64,000 nt of DNA from Burkholderiales bacterium (GCA_038243995.1 JBBRTV010000010.1:82431-146430), one strand, 5' to 3'. Positions 1-12,999 are shown, numbered from the stretch's first letter. The notes: a model not told the origin generated them from the sequence alone. Program-made: numbers and translations.

Positions 1-683
1 ATCAGCCGCGTGCAGGCGTCGGCTTCGGCGCCGGGGCAGGCCGTGGCGAGCTTGCGCAGCAGCGGGGCGCGCTCGGCTGCGGGGACGAGCGCGGCCTCGT
101 CCGTGTCCCAGGAATAGAAGGCCAGCAGGCGCCAGTCGGTGCCGGGCAGCGGCTTGCCCGCGCGGGCGTCGGCCAGCACCTGGGCGACCGGGCGACCGCT
201 CGCGAGGCCGAGCTGCAGCACCTGCATCACCTGGGCGGCGTCGGCCTCGCCGGGCAGGCGCGTCAGTTCCTTGCCGTCCGGGCTGAACAGGATCAAGGTC
301 GGATATCCGACGACCTTGAAGTGGGTTCCCAGCTTCTGCGCGCCGGCTGCGTCGCCGTCGAGATGCACCGCGACGAAGCTCTTCGAGCGTTCGGCGAAGT
401 CCTGGCGATTGAACAGCGTGGCCTTCAGCTGGTTGCAGGGCGGGCACCACACGGCTCCCCAGTACAGCAGCACCGGCTTGTTCTCTGCGCGCGCGATCGC
501 GAAAACCTTGTCGATGTCGGCGTCGCTCGCCGCCTCCTGCCACGCGACGTTGGCGGAGGGCGCGCCGTCGGCGGCACGAGCTGGCGCGCCGAGGCTGGCC
601 AGGGTCGTCGCGAGCGCGAATGCCAGTGCGGACGTTGTCAGGCTGCGGCGGGGGTGTCCCGCGAAGGGCGACGTGCGGCTCAT
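1..683 (-). CDS. Exported thioredoxin-fold protein (3' end runs off the window)
   Basis: Not in the ORF track; I translated it manually: [10 protein letters not shown]...signal-like N-terminus...[28 protein letters not shown]...[12 protein letters not shown]. CxxC motif present; AGGAG RBS upstream of the ATG at 683. Confidence 0.85.
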   Translation of the reverse strand, partial: MSRTSPFAGHPRRSLTTSALAFALATTLASLGAPARAADGAPSANVAWQEAASDADIDKVFAIARAENKPVLLYWGAVWCPPCNQLKATLFNRQDFAERSKSFVAVHLDGDAAGAQKLGTHFKVVGYPTLILFSPDGKELTRLPGEADAAQVMQVLQLGLASGRPVAQVLADARAGKPLPGTDWRLLAFYSWDTDEAALVPAAERAPLLRKLATACPGAEADACTRL

Positions 684-913
684 CGAATCGGCTCCTGGAG
701 TCGGTGGTTCGCCCTGGCCCGCTGTGCGCCTCATGGGCGCGGCGGGGCCGCAGGCGGATCGGCGCGGATGCGCAAACGCGTATTGTGCTGCGATCGGCCG
801 GCCGCGCGTTGCGGGCGCGTCATCGGGCGGGGTCCCGGGCGCCGGCCCGCGCTTCGATCGCGCGGCGACCGGGGCCGCGACGCGGCCGGCGCCGGCATCT
901 TGCGCAGGCAGGA

Positions 914-1657
914 TCAAGAGAGTGGGTCGAGGCCGTTCTGCGTCGGGCCGTCGCCGTCGTTCCGGTCGCCCAGGGCGCCTTGTGCGGGATCCTCGCCCGG
1001 CTCCGGCGTGGCGCGAGCCAGCGCCATCCAGGTGCCGAAGGGCAGGCGCAGGGCGCGGCGCGGCGCGGGACGCAACACGTCGAGCACGCCGTCGCGCTCG
1101 ATCATCACGCCGTAGTCTTCCGGCACGTCGCCGGCATCGCCGATGCCTTGCGCCAGCACATACCAGCATTCGCGGCCCATCTGGCGATAGGCCTCGCCCT
1201 TGGCGGGCCGGCGCAGGTCGCCGAGCAGGTCGCCGCGGCGCACCTTGATCTCGTGCACGACGGGATCGAGGTAGTCCTCGACCGTCGTGTGGCGCACCGA
1301 GAACAGGTCGGGCCGCGCGACCACCCACTGACCCGTTCCGGCGGCCGCGTCGCCGACCCGCACGCGCAGCGACAGCCCGCGCCACACGATGCGCCCGGCA
1401 CGCTGCATCGCCACGGCGACCCGACCGATCAGCGCCTCGTGCGCGTCGCGCGCGGCGCGGTTGCGCGCGAGCGTCTCTGCCAGCACCCGGATGCCGGCGT
1501 CGGTGACGCGCAAGGTCTCGCGCCCGTGACTGTCGCGCAGGCGCTCGACCCAACCGGCGCAGAGCAGCTCGACCTCGACCAGGTCCTGGCTCGGCCAGCC
1601 TGCGGAGCGCCAGATGGCCCGCAGGCGGCGGCGATGCAGTTCGGTCAGCGCGGTCAT
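914..1657 (-). CDS. Conserved hypothetical protein, PD-(D/E)XK/MmcB-like
   Basis: ARPDLFSV...[15 protein letters not shown]...[15 protein letters not shown] resembles the nuclease-fold E-x-K motif of MmcB-like proteins. Confidence 0.55.
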   Translation of the reverse strand: MTALTELHRRRLRAIWRSAGWPSQDLVEVELLCAGWVERLRDSHGRETLRVTDAGIRVLAETLARNRAARDAHEALIGRVAVAMQRAGRIVWRGLSLRVRVGDAAAGTGQWVVARPDLFSVRHTTVEDYLDPVVHEIKVRRGDLLGDLRRPAKGEAYRQMGRECWYVLAQGIGDAGDVPEDYGVMIERDGVLDVLRPAPRRALRLPFGTWMALARATPEPGEDPAQGALGDRNDGDGPTQNGLDPLS

Positions 1658-1786
1658 CGGGGAGGGGGCGTCGAGACGAGAAGGGGGCGGAGAGCGGCGG
1701 CAAGAGAAAAGTATCCGATTACTACCCGCTCACCGCGTGAGCTTCGAACAATGGGCCGTGTGAACTTTCAATCCAAGGAGACTTTC

Positions 1787-2365
1787 ATGGCGAAGAAGAT
1801 TCTGATGATCTGCGGCGATTTCGGCGAGGACTACGAGACGATGGTGCCGTTCCAGGCGCTGCAGGCCGTCGGCCACACGGTGCATGCGATCGCGCCCGAC
1901 AAGAAGGCGGGCGATTACGTGACGATGGCGATCCACGACTTCGACGGCGCCCAGACCTACAGCGAGAAGCCCGGCCACCGCTTCGTCCTGAACGCGGGCT
2001 TCGCGGAGACGAAGGCCGAAAACTACGACGCATTGGTGATTCCCGGCGGGCGCGCGCCCGAGTACCTGCGGATGCACGCGCGCGTCGTCGAGATGACCAG
2101 GCATTTCCTCGCGGCCGGCAAGCCGGTCGCCGCGGTCTGCCACGGCGCCCAGTTGCTGGCCGCCACCGGGCTCATCAAGGGCCGCCGCGTATCGGCCTAT
2201 CCCGCGTGCCAGGTCGAGGTCGAGCTCGCCGGTGCCGAATACGTGGGCATTCCGGTCGACCAGGCCATCACCGACGGCAACCTCGTCACCGCACCGGCGT
2301 GGCCGGCCCACCCGGCCTGGATCGCGCAATTCCTGGCCGTTCTCGGCACGAAGATCACCACGTAA
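1787..2365 (+). CDS. DJ-1/PfpI family protein (glyoxalase III/protease I-like)
   Basis: [32 protein letters not shown], nucleophile elbow [10 protein letters not shown]; AAGGAG RBS before the ATG at 1787. Confidence 0.92.
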   Translation: MAKKILMICGDFGEDYETMVPFQALQAVGHTVHAIAPDKKAGDYVTMAIHDFDGAQTYSEKPGHRFVLNAGFAETKAENYDALVIPGGRAPEYLRMHARVVEMTRHFLAAGKPVAAVCHGAQLLAATGLIKGRRVSAYPACQVEVELAGAEYVGIPVDQAITDGNLVTAPAWPAHPAWIAQFLAVLGTKITT

Positions 2366-2477
2366 ACCTGCGGTTTCGCGACTGGCGGCGCGGCTGGTGG
2401 CGGCGTACATTGCGGGCAGAGCCGCTGGTGTACAGGCGGCCTGCCGTCGGGCTGCCAGTCCGAACGAAGGAGACACG

Positions 2478-2909
2478 ATGTGTGAAATCTTCATCAGCGC
2501 CGACCCGGCCAGCTACGAGAGCCGGACGCGCTCGGTGCGGCTGCATGGCGTCGTCACGAGCATCCGGCTCGAGAACCTCTACTGGGACGTCCTCGAGCAG
2601 ATCGCTCGCCGCGACGCCATGAGCGTGGTGCAACTGATCGAAAAGCTCTACGACGAGCTGGTCGAGGCGCGCGGCGGCGTCGGGAACTTCACGTCTTTCC
2701 TGCGGGTCAGCGCCCTGCGCTACGAGGCGCTGGTCGCACAGGGGCGCATACCGGCCGATCTCAGGGTGCCGATCCGCTCGCTCGACCCGGGCGCGGTGCT
2801 GCACGAACTTCCGCAAGGCTGGGGCGCGCAGGAAGCTACCTTGAGCACCAACGGCGACAGCGCCCCGGCGCGGGCGCTGCAGCGCGCCCTCGCGCGCCTG
2901 CCGCACTGA
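2478..2909 (+). CDS. Ribbon-helix-helix domain protein
   Basis: RSVRLHGVVTSIRLENLYWDVLEQIA...NFTSFLRV is typical of RHH_4-type proteins found beside PfpI genes; AAGGAG RBS. Confidence 0.8.
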   Translation: MCEIFISADPASYESRTRSVRLHGVVTSIRLENLYWDVLEQIARRDAMSVVQLIEKLYDELVEARGGVGNFTSFLRVSALRYEALVAQGRIPADLRVPIRSLDPGAVLHELPQGWGAQEATLSTNGDSAPARALQRALARLPH

Positions 2910-3072
2910 GAAGCTGTGAACGAATCCGACATGCCCGCTCGTGCCGCCAAAACACGCCCGCTCGGCGTTCCAAATGCTCGCCGTAGCCCGAGCTACGGCT
3001 GTGCTTTGCGCCTCGAGCGGACGCGTCTTGACGACCCGCTCGGACACGCCGGATTCATTCACAGCTTCCGAG

Positions 3073-4059
3073 TCAGCCCAGCCTGAAGCGCCCAGGCGTC
3101 GCGTGCTCCCCGCACGGAGACGGCGCCTCGGCGCAGGTGGCCAGCGATACCGTGAGCATGTCGATGAAGGCGCGTGTCTTGGCGGGCATCAGGCGTCGAC
3201 CGGGGAACACCGCCCACGCCGTGGAATCCGGCGCACCCCAGCCGCGCAGGATGGGCACGAGCTCGCCGCGCTTCACGTACGGCTCCGCGAAAAAGTCATT
3301 GACGGCTGCCACGCCGGCGCCGTGGCGCGCGAGGCGGATCAACAGGTCGGGGGAGTTCGCGCACACGTGCCGGGGCGGCGTGATGCGCAGCGTGGCGGGG
3401 TCGGTCTCCGGGGCCAGCGTCCCGTCGGCGGCGCGCGGTGACAAGCTCCACGCCATCGCGTCACCCGCGCGCGTCAACAGCATCAACGCGGGCATCGACT
3501 GAAGCGCCTCCGGCGTGAGCGGCTCTCCGTGGTCGCGCAGCAGCGAAGGCGCCGCGAACAGCCCGGTCGAGAACACGGCGAGGCGGCGCGCGACGAGCTG
3601 GCTGTCGTCCGGTAGCGCCCCCATGCGGATCGCGAGGTCGAAGTTCTCGCCGATCAGGTCGACCCGGCGTGGCGACAGATCGATCTCCAGCAGGATCTCG
3701 GGATATTGCTGCACGAAGCCGGCGAGCGCCACCTCGAGCGCCACGCTGGCGAAATCGCCCGGCATCGAGACGCGCAGTCGACCGCTCGGCCGGGCCTGGC
3801 GTGACAGCGCGAAGGCCAGGGCCGCGTCGACCTCCTCGGACAGCACGCGCGCGTGATCGAGCACACCCTGGCCGAAGTCCGTGATCACGAGCTTGCGCGT
3901 GGTGCGCTGCAGCAGGCGCTCGCCGAGCCGCTTCTCGAGCGCGGCGATGCGGCGCGACACGGTCGACTTCGGCAACAGCACGCGCTCCGCGGCACGGCTG
4001 AAGCTACCCGATTCGGCTACGCGGGCGAACAACAGCAGGTCGTCGGCATCAGGACTCAT
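3073..4059 (-). CDS. LysR family transcriptional regulator
   Basis: N-terminal HTH FARVAESGSFSRAAERVLLPKSTVSRRIAALEKRLGERLLQRTTR; divergent from azoR-pirin. Confidence 0.95.
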   Translation of the reverse strand: MSPDADDLLLFARVAESGSFSRAAERVLLPKSTVSRRIAALEKRLGERLLQRTTRKLVITDFGQGVLDHARVLSEEVDAALAFALSRQARPSGRLRVSMPGDFASVALEVALAGFVQQYPEILLEIDLSPRRVDLIGENFDLAIRMGALPDDSQLVARRLAVFSTGLFAAPSLLRDHGEPLTPEALQSMPALMLLTRAGDAMAWSLSPRAADGTLAPETDPATLRITPPRHVCANSPDLLIRLARHGAGVAAVNDFFAEPYVKRGELVPILRGWGAPDSTAWAVFPGRRLMPAKTRAFIDMLTVSLATCAEAPSPCGEHATPGRFRLG

Positions 4060-4211
4060 CGGGCGGCTCCGGGATTCGGCAAGCGTACGGGTGATTCGAC
4101 GGCCTGACGACCTCCGGCGACAGCGCCGGGGTGCGGGGCGGGGGCTCGAATCATGGAATGGTGTGGTCGGTGAAGAAGTAGGGAGGGCGCCCTGGGGGCT
4201 GTGGGAGCCTG

Positions 4212-4235
4212 GATTGTTCCACTGATGGAACGATC
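4212..4235. promoter_or_regulatory. Putative LysR recognition palindrome
   Basis: GATTGTTCCA-CTGA-TGGAACGATC: 10-bp arms with one mismatch, lying between the divergent lysR and azoR. Confidence 0.6.
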
Positions 4236-4339
4236 ATATGCAATCTGATGACTTCTGGTGCCCATGCGTTGTCAATACATTGGAGTCATCGGAACACGGG
4301 TTCCGCCCTCCCCCAGACAACCGACCGAAGGACTCCATC

Positions 4340-4969
4340 ATGAACATCCTGCAAATCAACTCCAGCGCGCGCTCATGGGCCAATGGCCAGGGCTCGCAGT
4401 CGACCCGCCTGGCCAACGAGCTCGTCGAGCAGCTCCTTGCCGCGAATCCGAAGTCGGCGCTGACGGTGCGTGACCTGACCCGGAATCCGCACCCCGTGCT
4501 CGACGAGGCGACGCTGGGCGCCTTGTTCACGCCCGCGGAGCAGCGGTCTGCCGAACAGCTGGCTCGCGTGGCGCTGGACGATGCCCTGATCGCCGAGTTG
4601 CAGGCCGCGGACGTCGTCGTCATCGGAGTGCCTATGGTCAACTTCGGCGTGACGAGCCAGCTGAAGAACTGGATCGACGCCGTGGCCAAGGCGCGCGTCA
4701 CCTTCGCCTACACGGCGACCGGCCCGGTCGGGCTGCTGACCGGCAAGAAGGTCTATGCGGTGCTGACGCGCGGCGGCGTCCACCGCGACCAGCCGAGCGA
4801 CACCCAGGTGCCGTACCTGCGCACGATGCTGGGCTTCCTCGGAATGACGGATGTCGAGTTCATCTATGCGGAAGGCTTCGCGATGGGCCCCGAAGCCGAA
4901 GCGGCTGCGCTCGAGGCCGCCCGCAGCGAGATCGCACGCATCTCGGGCGTCGCGGTCGCCGCCGCCTGA
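4340..4969 (+). CDS. azoR: FMN-dependent NADH-azoreductase
   Basis: [11 protein letters not shown]...[61 protein letters not shown]. Confidence 0.93.
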   Translation: MNILQINSSARSWANGQGSQSTRLANELVEQLLAANPKSALTVRDLTRNPHPVLDEATLGALFTPAEQRSAEQLARVALDDALIAELQAADVVVIGVPMVNFGVTSQLKNWIDAVAKARVTFAYTATGPVGLLTGKKVYAVLTRGGVHRDQPSDTQVPYLRTMLGFLGMTDVEFIYAEGFAMGPEAEAAALEAARSEIARISGVAVAAA

Positions 4970-5025
4970 TATTGCGCCTGTCCAGCCGGCGGGCGCCGTG
5001 CCTGCCTCTCCACGAGGAATCTTCC

Positions 5026-5940
5026 ATGTCCACGACCATGACCCTGACCGTTCCGACCACCGATGCCCTGGTGCGCAAGCCGCGCACGGTCGAGCGGCTG
5101 GTCGCCGGGCAGGCGACCAGCGACGGCGACGGCGTCAAGCTGACGCGGGTGCTGACGCAGGCGCTGCAACGCCGGCTCGATCCGTTCCTGATGCTCGACG
5201 CGTTCGGCTCCGACGATGCGGCCGACTACAGCGGCGGCTTTCCCGATCATCCGCACCGCGGTTTCGAGACGGTGACCTACATGATCGCCGGACGCATGCG
5301 CCATCGCGATTCCGCGGGCAACGAAGGCCTGCTGCAGAACGGCGGCGTGCAGTGGATGACCGCCGGGCGCGGCCTGATCCACAGCGAGTTGCCCGAGCAG
5401 GAAGAAGGCCGGATGGAAGGCTTCCAGCTGTGGCTTAACCTGCCGTCTGCGGAGAAGATGGGCGCGCCGGGCTATCGCGACATCGCGAACGACGAGATCC
5501 CCGAGCTGACCCTGCCGGGTGCGACCGTGCGCGTGATCGCAGGCGAGAGCCACGGCGTGGCCGGCGCCGTGCGCAAGGCCCACACCGAGCCTCTGTACCT
5601 CGACGTGCGACTCGCGCCGGGGGCGGCGTTCGAGCAGCCGATTCCGGCCGGGCACAACGCATTCGTCTATGTGTATCGGGGCGAGCTCGCGATCGACGAC
5701 GGCGCGGTGTCGATCCCGGTGCCGCGCCTGCGCATGGCCGTGCTTGCGAACAAGGCCGACAGCGACGGCGTGCGCTTGCAGGCCGGGGCCGACGGCGCCC
5801 GCGCGCTGCTGATCGCGGGCAAGCCGCTGAACGAGCCGATCGCCCAATACGGGCCCTTCGTGATGAACACGCAGGCGGAGATCTTCCAGGCCGTCGAGGA
5901 TTTTCGCGCAGGCAAGTTCGGCAAGCCGCCCGGACGCTGA
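5026..5940 (+). CDS. Pirin family protein
   Basis: LDPFLMLD, GFPDHPHRGFETVTY, GGVQWMTAGRGLIHSE, QLWLNLP, YGPFVMNT. Confidence 0.95.
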   Translation: MSTTMTLTVPTTDALVRKPRTVERLVAGQATSDGDGVKLTRVLTQALQRRLDPFLMLDAFGSDDAADYSGGFPDHPHRGFETVTYMIAGRMRHRDSAGNEGLLQNGGVQWMTAGRGLIHSELPEQEEGRMEGFQLWLNLPSAEKMGAPGYRDIANDEIPELTLPGATVRVIAGESHGVAGAVRKAHTEPLYLDVRLAPGAAFEQPIPAGHNAFVYVYRGELAIDDGAVSIPVPRLRMAVLANKADSDGVRLQAGADGARALLIAGKPLNEPIAQYGPFVMNTQAEIFQAVEDFRAGKFGKPPGR

Positions 5941-5989
5941 GCGGCCGGAGTCCGGGCGGCACAGCCTGGACCCCTGGCGCGGCACCAAC

Positions 5990-6015
5990 AAAAACGGCGC
6001 CCCGTGGGGCGCCGT
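5990..6015 (-). terminator. Intrinsic terminator for the DUF4397 gene
   Basis: ACGGCGCCCC-GT-GGGGCGCCGT hairpin preceded by an A-run, which reads as a U-tract on the minus strand. Confidence 0.65.
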
Positions 6016-6037
6016 CCTGTCGTGCAGACCTTGTCGC

Positions 6038-7321
6038 TCAGGACTCGGACGAGGCGAGGAAGAAATCCTGTACCGGGCTGACCGAGACGTCGATCACGAT
6101 CTCGGTGAAGATGCGACCGGCCTGCAAGACCTGCGGCAGCAGCGTCTTGATGGTGGACGCACCGTTCAGCACCTGGACGACGGACGCCGTGGTCTGGGGC
6201 TCCGACAGCTCCTTGTATGCCGACGCGGCCGCGAATCCGATGTTCGACGCGGCGAGGATCGAATTGACGGACATCGACAGCTCGTCGGCCGTGGCCAGGT
6301 TGATCAGTCGGAACTTCACGCCGGACGTGCCCACCGGCGCCGTATTGTCGTCCTCGAGCAATGACGAGGTGGCGTTGCCGCCGGCATCGTTGAAGACCAT
6401 CAGCGTGTAGTCGCCACCGGCGCTGAGCGTGCCGGCGGTGGCCAGCGTGACGCCGCCCACCTGGACCACCGGCGCCGCGCCGGTCGCCACGACGAAGTAT
6501 TCGGAATAGTTCGGCTGCGCAGCCGCCAGCACGCCGGCGACGGACACGGCGGTGCCGGCCGGGATCGCCGAGACCGCGCGCACGCGCGCCGTCAGGTTCG
6601 TGAAGCTGGTCGCCGTGCCCGTGGTGCCCTGCGTCAGGAAGATCGCATTGGCCAGGGTGCCGCTCTTGCCGGGGGTCAGGATGATGGTGACGATCTGCTG
6701 GTCGACGAACGCTACGGCGGCAGGCGTCTGGAAGCGGACATCGCTGACGCCCTTCGCGATGCTGTTCGCGCCGACCACCGTGAGGTAGTAGGAACCGGCC
6801 GTGATGCCGGCGAAGACGCTTTGCGACACCCCATTGATGCTGGAGGCGATCAGCGTCGCCACCGACAGGTCGGGCGTGGGCGACAGGTAGACGTCGACCG
6901 CGCCGATGTCGACCGACGTGTTCAACACGTTGATGTTCGCGTTGCCGGCGTCGGGCGCCGTGCTGCTCTCGGTGATCAGGAGGGAGCGCAACTCGTTGAG
7001 GAAGCCATAGGCCACCAGCGAGAAGCGACCGTCCTTGCCGATCGTGCGCGTGGAAGACGACACGCTGGTGACCGTGCCGCTGCTCGAGACGGTCAGCGCG
7101 GTGGTGACCGAGCCGGCCTGGACGGATTCGAACGGGCTGGTCTGGCCGTACGCCACGTCGGTGGTCGTGGCCTGGACTGCGTCGACCGAGAAGCCGAGAC
7201 TGGCGTAATCGACGCTCGCATTGACGAGGCGGACCGAGGCGTTGCCCGAGCCACCGCTGCCGCAACCGGCCAGCATCAAAGGCAGAGCGCCGCTCATTGC
7301 CAGGAACTCACGTTTTTTCAT
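6038..7321 (-). CDS. DUF4397-type lipoprotein
   Basis: Lipobox LAGC; repeated beta-sandwich modules (ASVRLVNAS, ANINVLNTSVDIGAVDVYL, VKFRLIN). Confidence 0.7.
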   Translation of the reverse strand: MKKREFLAMSGALPLMLAGCGSGGSGNASVRLVNASVDYASLGFSVDAVQATTTDVAYGQTSPFESVQAGSVTTALTVSSSGTVTSVSSSTRTIGKDGRFSLVAYGFLNELRSLLITESSTAPDAGNANINVLNTSVDIGAVDVYLSPTPDLSVATLIASSINGVSQSVFAGITAGSYYLTVVGANSIAKGVSDVRFQTPAAVAFVDQQIVTIILTPGKSGTLANAIFLTQGTTGTATSFTNLTARVRAVSAIPAGTAVSVAGVLAAAQPNYSEYFVVATGAAPVVQVGGVTLATAGTLSAGGDYTLMVFNDAGGNATSSLLEDDNTAPVGTSGVKFRLINLATADELSMSVNSILAASNIGFAAASAYKELSEPQTTASVVQVLNGASTIKTLLPQVLQAGRIFTEIVIDVSVSPVQDFFLASSES

Positions 7322-7454
7322 CGAATCTCCACTTTCCAGGCCGAGCGCCTGCCATCTGAATCCAACATTATGGGGCAGACGATGTTACCCAACTGTTGCC
7401 AGGGCACTGCGCCACCGCTGCAGAGCAGCCCATGCGGTGCGTGCGCAGCGGTGA

Positions 7455-9641
<2,187 letters not shown>

Positions 9642-10102
9642 CGCGCGGGGCAGCCGGGGCGCCGGCGGTGGGGATCCGCTGCCGGGATCGCCTGCGCGCG
9701 TTGTCCTTCGCGAGCGCTTCGGTGGCATGACCTCAGGGCCTGCCACCGGACATGCATCGACGCATTGACAAACACCAGGGGGTATCTGCCGGATCGAGGA
9801 TAGGCGCGCGGTGCGGCGCCGCCGAGAACGCGCGCTGGATGTGGCGGTTAGGCAGCCATCGGACCCGGTTGCGTGCGTCGGACGAGTCTTGCCCGTCGAG
9901 CGCCGGGCCTCGAGTCTAGGGGGTCGCGAGAGCGGCATTAGGGAGTGCTCACATCGTTGCGGACGCAGAGACTGCGGTCTCGCTCAGCCTGCGCATGCAA
10001 GGACGCAAGCAGGCTCGCGGCGAGCCGCAGAGGGTCACCCCCGAGGCTCGTCGCGTCGAGCGTGTGCACCACCGCTTTGCCACCATCTCCCAGGGATTCA
10101 TC

Positions 10103-11521
10103 ATGAACAACGCTACGCCCCTCTTCGCCCGTACTGTCATCGTCGGCGCGATCTCCGTCCTTCCTCTCCTGTGCTTCGCCGCGCCTCCGGTCGAGGCGAA
10201 CAACGTCATGACGCCGGGTGCGGAAGCGCCCGCACCGCTCGGGCTCCAGTCCGTCGTCCCGTATGTCGCGCCGTCGAACGTGTTCGTGCCGGAGAGCAGC
10301 AAGGCGCTCCGGCAGGACGCCGGCGTCCGTGCGCACACGAACTTCGTCGTCCACAATCCGGGCGGGATCCAGGCGCGCGCGCTGACGGACCTGAGGCAGC
10401 CGGAGCCGGAGGCCAACCCGGGGCCGAATGCGACCGCCGCGGAATATCCGGCTTCGTTGTCCTGCATCTACCGCATGGGGACGGTCTACGCGGGATGCGC
10501 GCCGACGAACAACGCGACCTACAACGCCCACGGCGGGGCACGGGCGATCGCGGTTGTCATCGCCTATGACAACCCGACCGTGCTGGCCGACCTGCAGTAC
10601 TTCAGCTCGTTCTTCGGTCTTCCCGCGCCGTCGTTCACCAAGGTCTACGCGAACGGCAACGGCCATTGCAGCACGCCGCCCTTCGATTCGGGCTGGGCGC
10701 TGGAATCCGCGCTCGACACACAGTGGGCGCATGCGATGGCGCCTTCCGCGAAGATCATCCTTGTAGAAGCCTGCTCGAACAGCTATGCCGACCTGATGTA
10801 TGCCGAACAGATCGCCGCGCAGCAGCTCCTGCCGTACGGCGGCGGGCAGGTCACGAACAGCTGGAGCAGCGGCGAGTTCAGCACCGAATCGACGGACTGG
10901 GACTGGGTCTTCCGCGCCAACTGGGCACCCGGCAAGCCCATCAGCTACATCTTCTCCGCAGGAGATGCGGGCCTGGGCGCCGAGTACCCCAGTTCGTCCC
11001 CGTGGGTCGTCTCGGCCGGCGGCACCACGATCAACCGCGACAGCGCGACCCTCGCCTTCCAGAGCGAAAGCTGCTGGGCCGGATCGGGCGGCGGCACCAG
11101 CCTCTACGAGACCTACAGCAACACGTTCGGCAGCGGCACCGGGCCGTGGACGAACTTCCAGTACCCGCTCTTCGGCGAGTCGGCGCGCCGCACGCCCGAC
11201 GTGTCCTTCGACGCGGATCCCGCCAGCGGCGCCTGGGTGCGCTATGCAAGCGGCTGGTACGTGGTCGGCGGGACGAGCCTGTCGGCGCCTGCGCTGGCCG
11301 GTATCTTCAACAACGCCGACAACCGGCTGGGCGTGGCGCCGTCGCCGGGGGGCTACTACACGAACGCCGAGAACAACCTGATGTACGCCGAACAGCTGAC
11401 GAACAGGGACTACACGGCGAACTTCTACGACGTGAAGACCGGCACCAACGGCGCGCCGGCGGCGACGGGCTGGGACTCGTGCACGGGCGTCGGCAGCCCG
11501 CGCGGCAGGGCGGGCAAGTAA
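10103..11521 (+). CDS. Secreted S53 (sedolisin/kumamolisin-like) serine peptidase
   Basis: Signal peptide; catalytic E/D in LESALDTQW, oxyanion SAGDAG, nucleophile GGTSLSAP, C-terminal Ca site GWDSCTGVGSP. Confidence 0.88.
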   Translation: MNNATPLFARTVIVGAISVLPLLCFAAPPVEANNVMTPGAEAPAPLGLQSVVPYVAPSNVFVPESSKALRQDAGVRAHTNFVVHNPGGIQARALTDLRQPEPEANPGPNATAAEYPASLSCIYRMGTVYAGCAPTNNATYNAHGGARAIAVVIAYDNPTVLADLQYFSSFFGLPAPSFTKVYANGNGHCSTPPFDSGWALESALDTQWAHAMAPSAKIILVEACSNSYADLMYAEQIAAQQLLPYGGGQVTNSWSSGEFSTESTDWDWVFRANWAPGKPISYIFSAGDAGLGAEYPSSSPWVVSAGGTTINRDSATLAFQSESCWAGSGGGTSLYETYSNTFGSGTGPWTNFQYPLFGESARRTPDVSFDADPASGAWVRYASGWYVVGGTSLSAPALAGIFNNADNRLGVAPSPGGYYTNAENNLMYAEQLTNRDYTANFYDVKTGTNGAPAATGWDSCTGVGSPRGRAGK

Positions 11522-11699
11522 GCCCGACCGCGGGTGCGTGCCCGACGCACCCGCGTTCCCACGTGCGCAGAGGCCCGGTTCGTCCGGGCCTCCTGTCGTC
11601 GATGACCGATTGCGACGGGCGGCGTGACCAGCCACCTCACGCTGGCCTCACACACGCCCGCTAGGATTGCTGCATTGCATCAATCCGACGACAAGACCC

Positions 11700-12404
11700 A
11701 TGGCGAGTAACGAACTTCACTGGATGTTCTGGGCGACGGTGACGCGCCTGGGCGAGGCACAGATCCTGCTGCCGGCCTTTCTCTGCGGCGCACTCTGGCT
11801 GGCGTTCGCGCGTCCCGCGGGCGCGCGCGGGCGGCGCGCTCTCGGCAGTCCGCACGCGCACGACCATCCGGCGCGCGGCGCAGCGTGGCGATGGGTCGCC
11901 GGGATCGCCGCCGCAACCGGTATCACCACCGCCAGCAAGATTGCTTTCCTGGGCTTCGGCATCGGCTCCGCGGCGCTCGACTTCACCGGCTTCTCCGGCC
12001 ACTCGATGTATGCGACAGCCATCCTGCCCGTGCTCGCCGCGATCGTCGGCGGGCGGCGCGGCGCGATCGCGGGCGGGTTGGTCGCGCTGCTCGTGATGCT
12101 GTCGCGCGTCGAGGTGAACGCGCATTCGTGGAGCGAGGCCTTGAGCGGCATGGTGCTCGGAGGTGCGGTTGCGTGGTCGACGCTGTCGCTCTACCTGGCG
12201 CATCCCGGCGCGGTGCGCGCGCCGTGGTGGTTGCCCGTGGCGCTGGCGATCTGGCTCACCGCGCTGCCCTGGGGCGCACCGCCTTCGCGTACGCACGACT
12301 TCGTGATCGCCCTGTCGCTCAAGCTCTCGGGTCGGACGCAGCCCTACACGCGGCACGAACTGCTGGCCGGGCTGATCGGCCCGCGCAGCGCCGAGGCGCT
12401 CTGA
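11700..12404 (+). CDS. PAP2 family membrane phosphatase
   Basis: Hydrophobic protein with SKIAF, FSGHSM and SRVEVNAHSWSE PAP2 motifs. Confidence 0.8.
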   Translation: MASNELHWMFWATVTRLGEAQILLPAFLCGALWLAFARPAGARGRRALGSPHAHDHPARGAAWRWVAGIAAATGITTASKIAFLGFGIGSAALDFTGFSGHSMYATAILPVLAAIVGGRRGAIAGGLVALLVMLSRVEVNAHSWSEALSGMVLGGAVAWSTLSLYLAHPGAVRAPWWLPVALAIWLTALPWGAPPSRTHDFVIALSLKLSGRTQPYTRHELLAGLIGPRSAEAL

Positions 12405-12414
12405 CCGATACGGC

Positions 12415-12999
12415 CTAACCGAAGGGCCTGACGCCAATCAACCAGGCGTGCGCGTGGAACGCGAAGGCGATCCACGCGACGATGCCGACGACCACCGTTA
12501 TCGCCGTGCGGGCGTTGCTCACCGGGCCTGTGGGGGCGACGTCGATGCCGGCGGAGCGGCGACGTCGCGCCGCCCGGAAGTCGAAGACGCTCCAGGCCAG
12601 GAAGCTGCCGAACAGCAAGACATCGGACAGCGTGCCGTTGGCGAGCAAGTGCGCGAGCGCCCAGACCTTGACGCCGAGAATCATGGGATCGTGCAGGCGC
12701 GCCTTGATGGCGTTGCCGGGTACGTAGGCTGCGACCAGCAGCACGAACGACGCGAGGGTCAGCAGGCCGGCCAGGTCGCGCGTCCAGCGGGGGGGCGACC
12801 ACAGCACGACCGGCTGCTGGCGTGCCTGCCCGAAGCCGACGACGATCAGCGCGAAACCGGCGATGGCGACCAGGGCGTAGAGGCCCTTCCACGTACCGAG
12901 GCCGCGCGTCGCGATGAAGCGCGTGCGCCAGGGGTCGGCCACGATCCGCACCGAGTGGACACCGAGGAACAGGAAAAGTCCGAGCAGGAGGGTCAGCAT
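12415..12999 (-). CDS. NnrU family membrane protein
   Basis: LGLFLFLGVHSVR...WKGLYALV...HDPMILGVKVWALAHLLANG...LFGSFLAWS. Confidence 0.88.
   Translation of the reverse strand: MLTLLLGLFLFLGVHSVRIVADPWRTRFIATRGLGTWKGLYALVAIAGFALIVVGFGQARQQPVVLWSPPRWTRDLAGLLTLASFVLLVAAYVPGNAIKARLHDPMILGVKVWALAHLLANGTLSDVLLFGSFLAWSVFDFRAARRRRSAGIDVAPTGPVSNARTAITVVVGIVAWIAFAFHAHAWLIGVRPFG

Noticed and set aside
139-1248. Long alternative-frame ORFs in the track (e.g. 139-1248, 7491-9938, 29777-32701, 34657-37635, 42810-47588, 54172-57663)
   Set aside because: These are Arg/Ala/Gly-rich shadow frames of real genes, expected at about 70% GC; they carry no motifs.
9950-10060. Stacked hairpins and GGACGCAA upstream of the S53 gene, suggesting a c-di-GMP-I riboswitch
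   Set aside because: The required GGCAAA/GAAA-tetraloop architecture could not be assembled; an Rfam scan would settle it.
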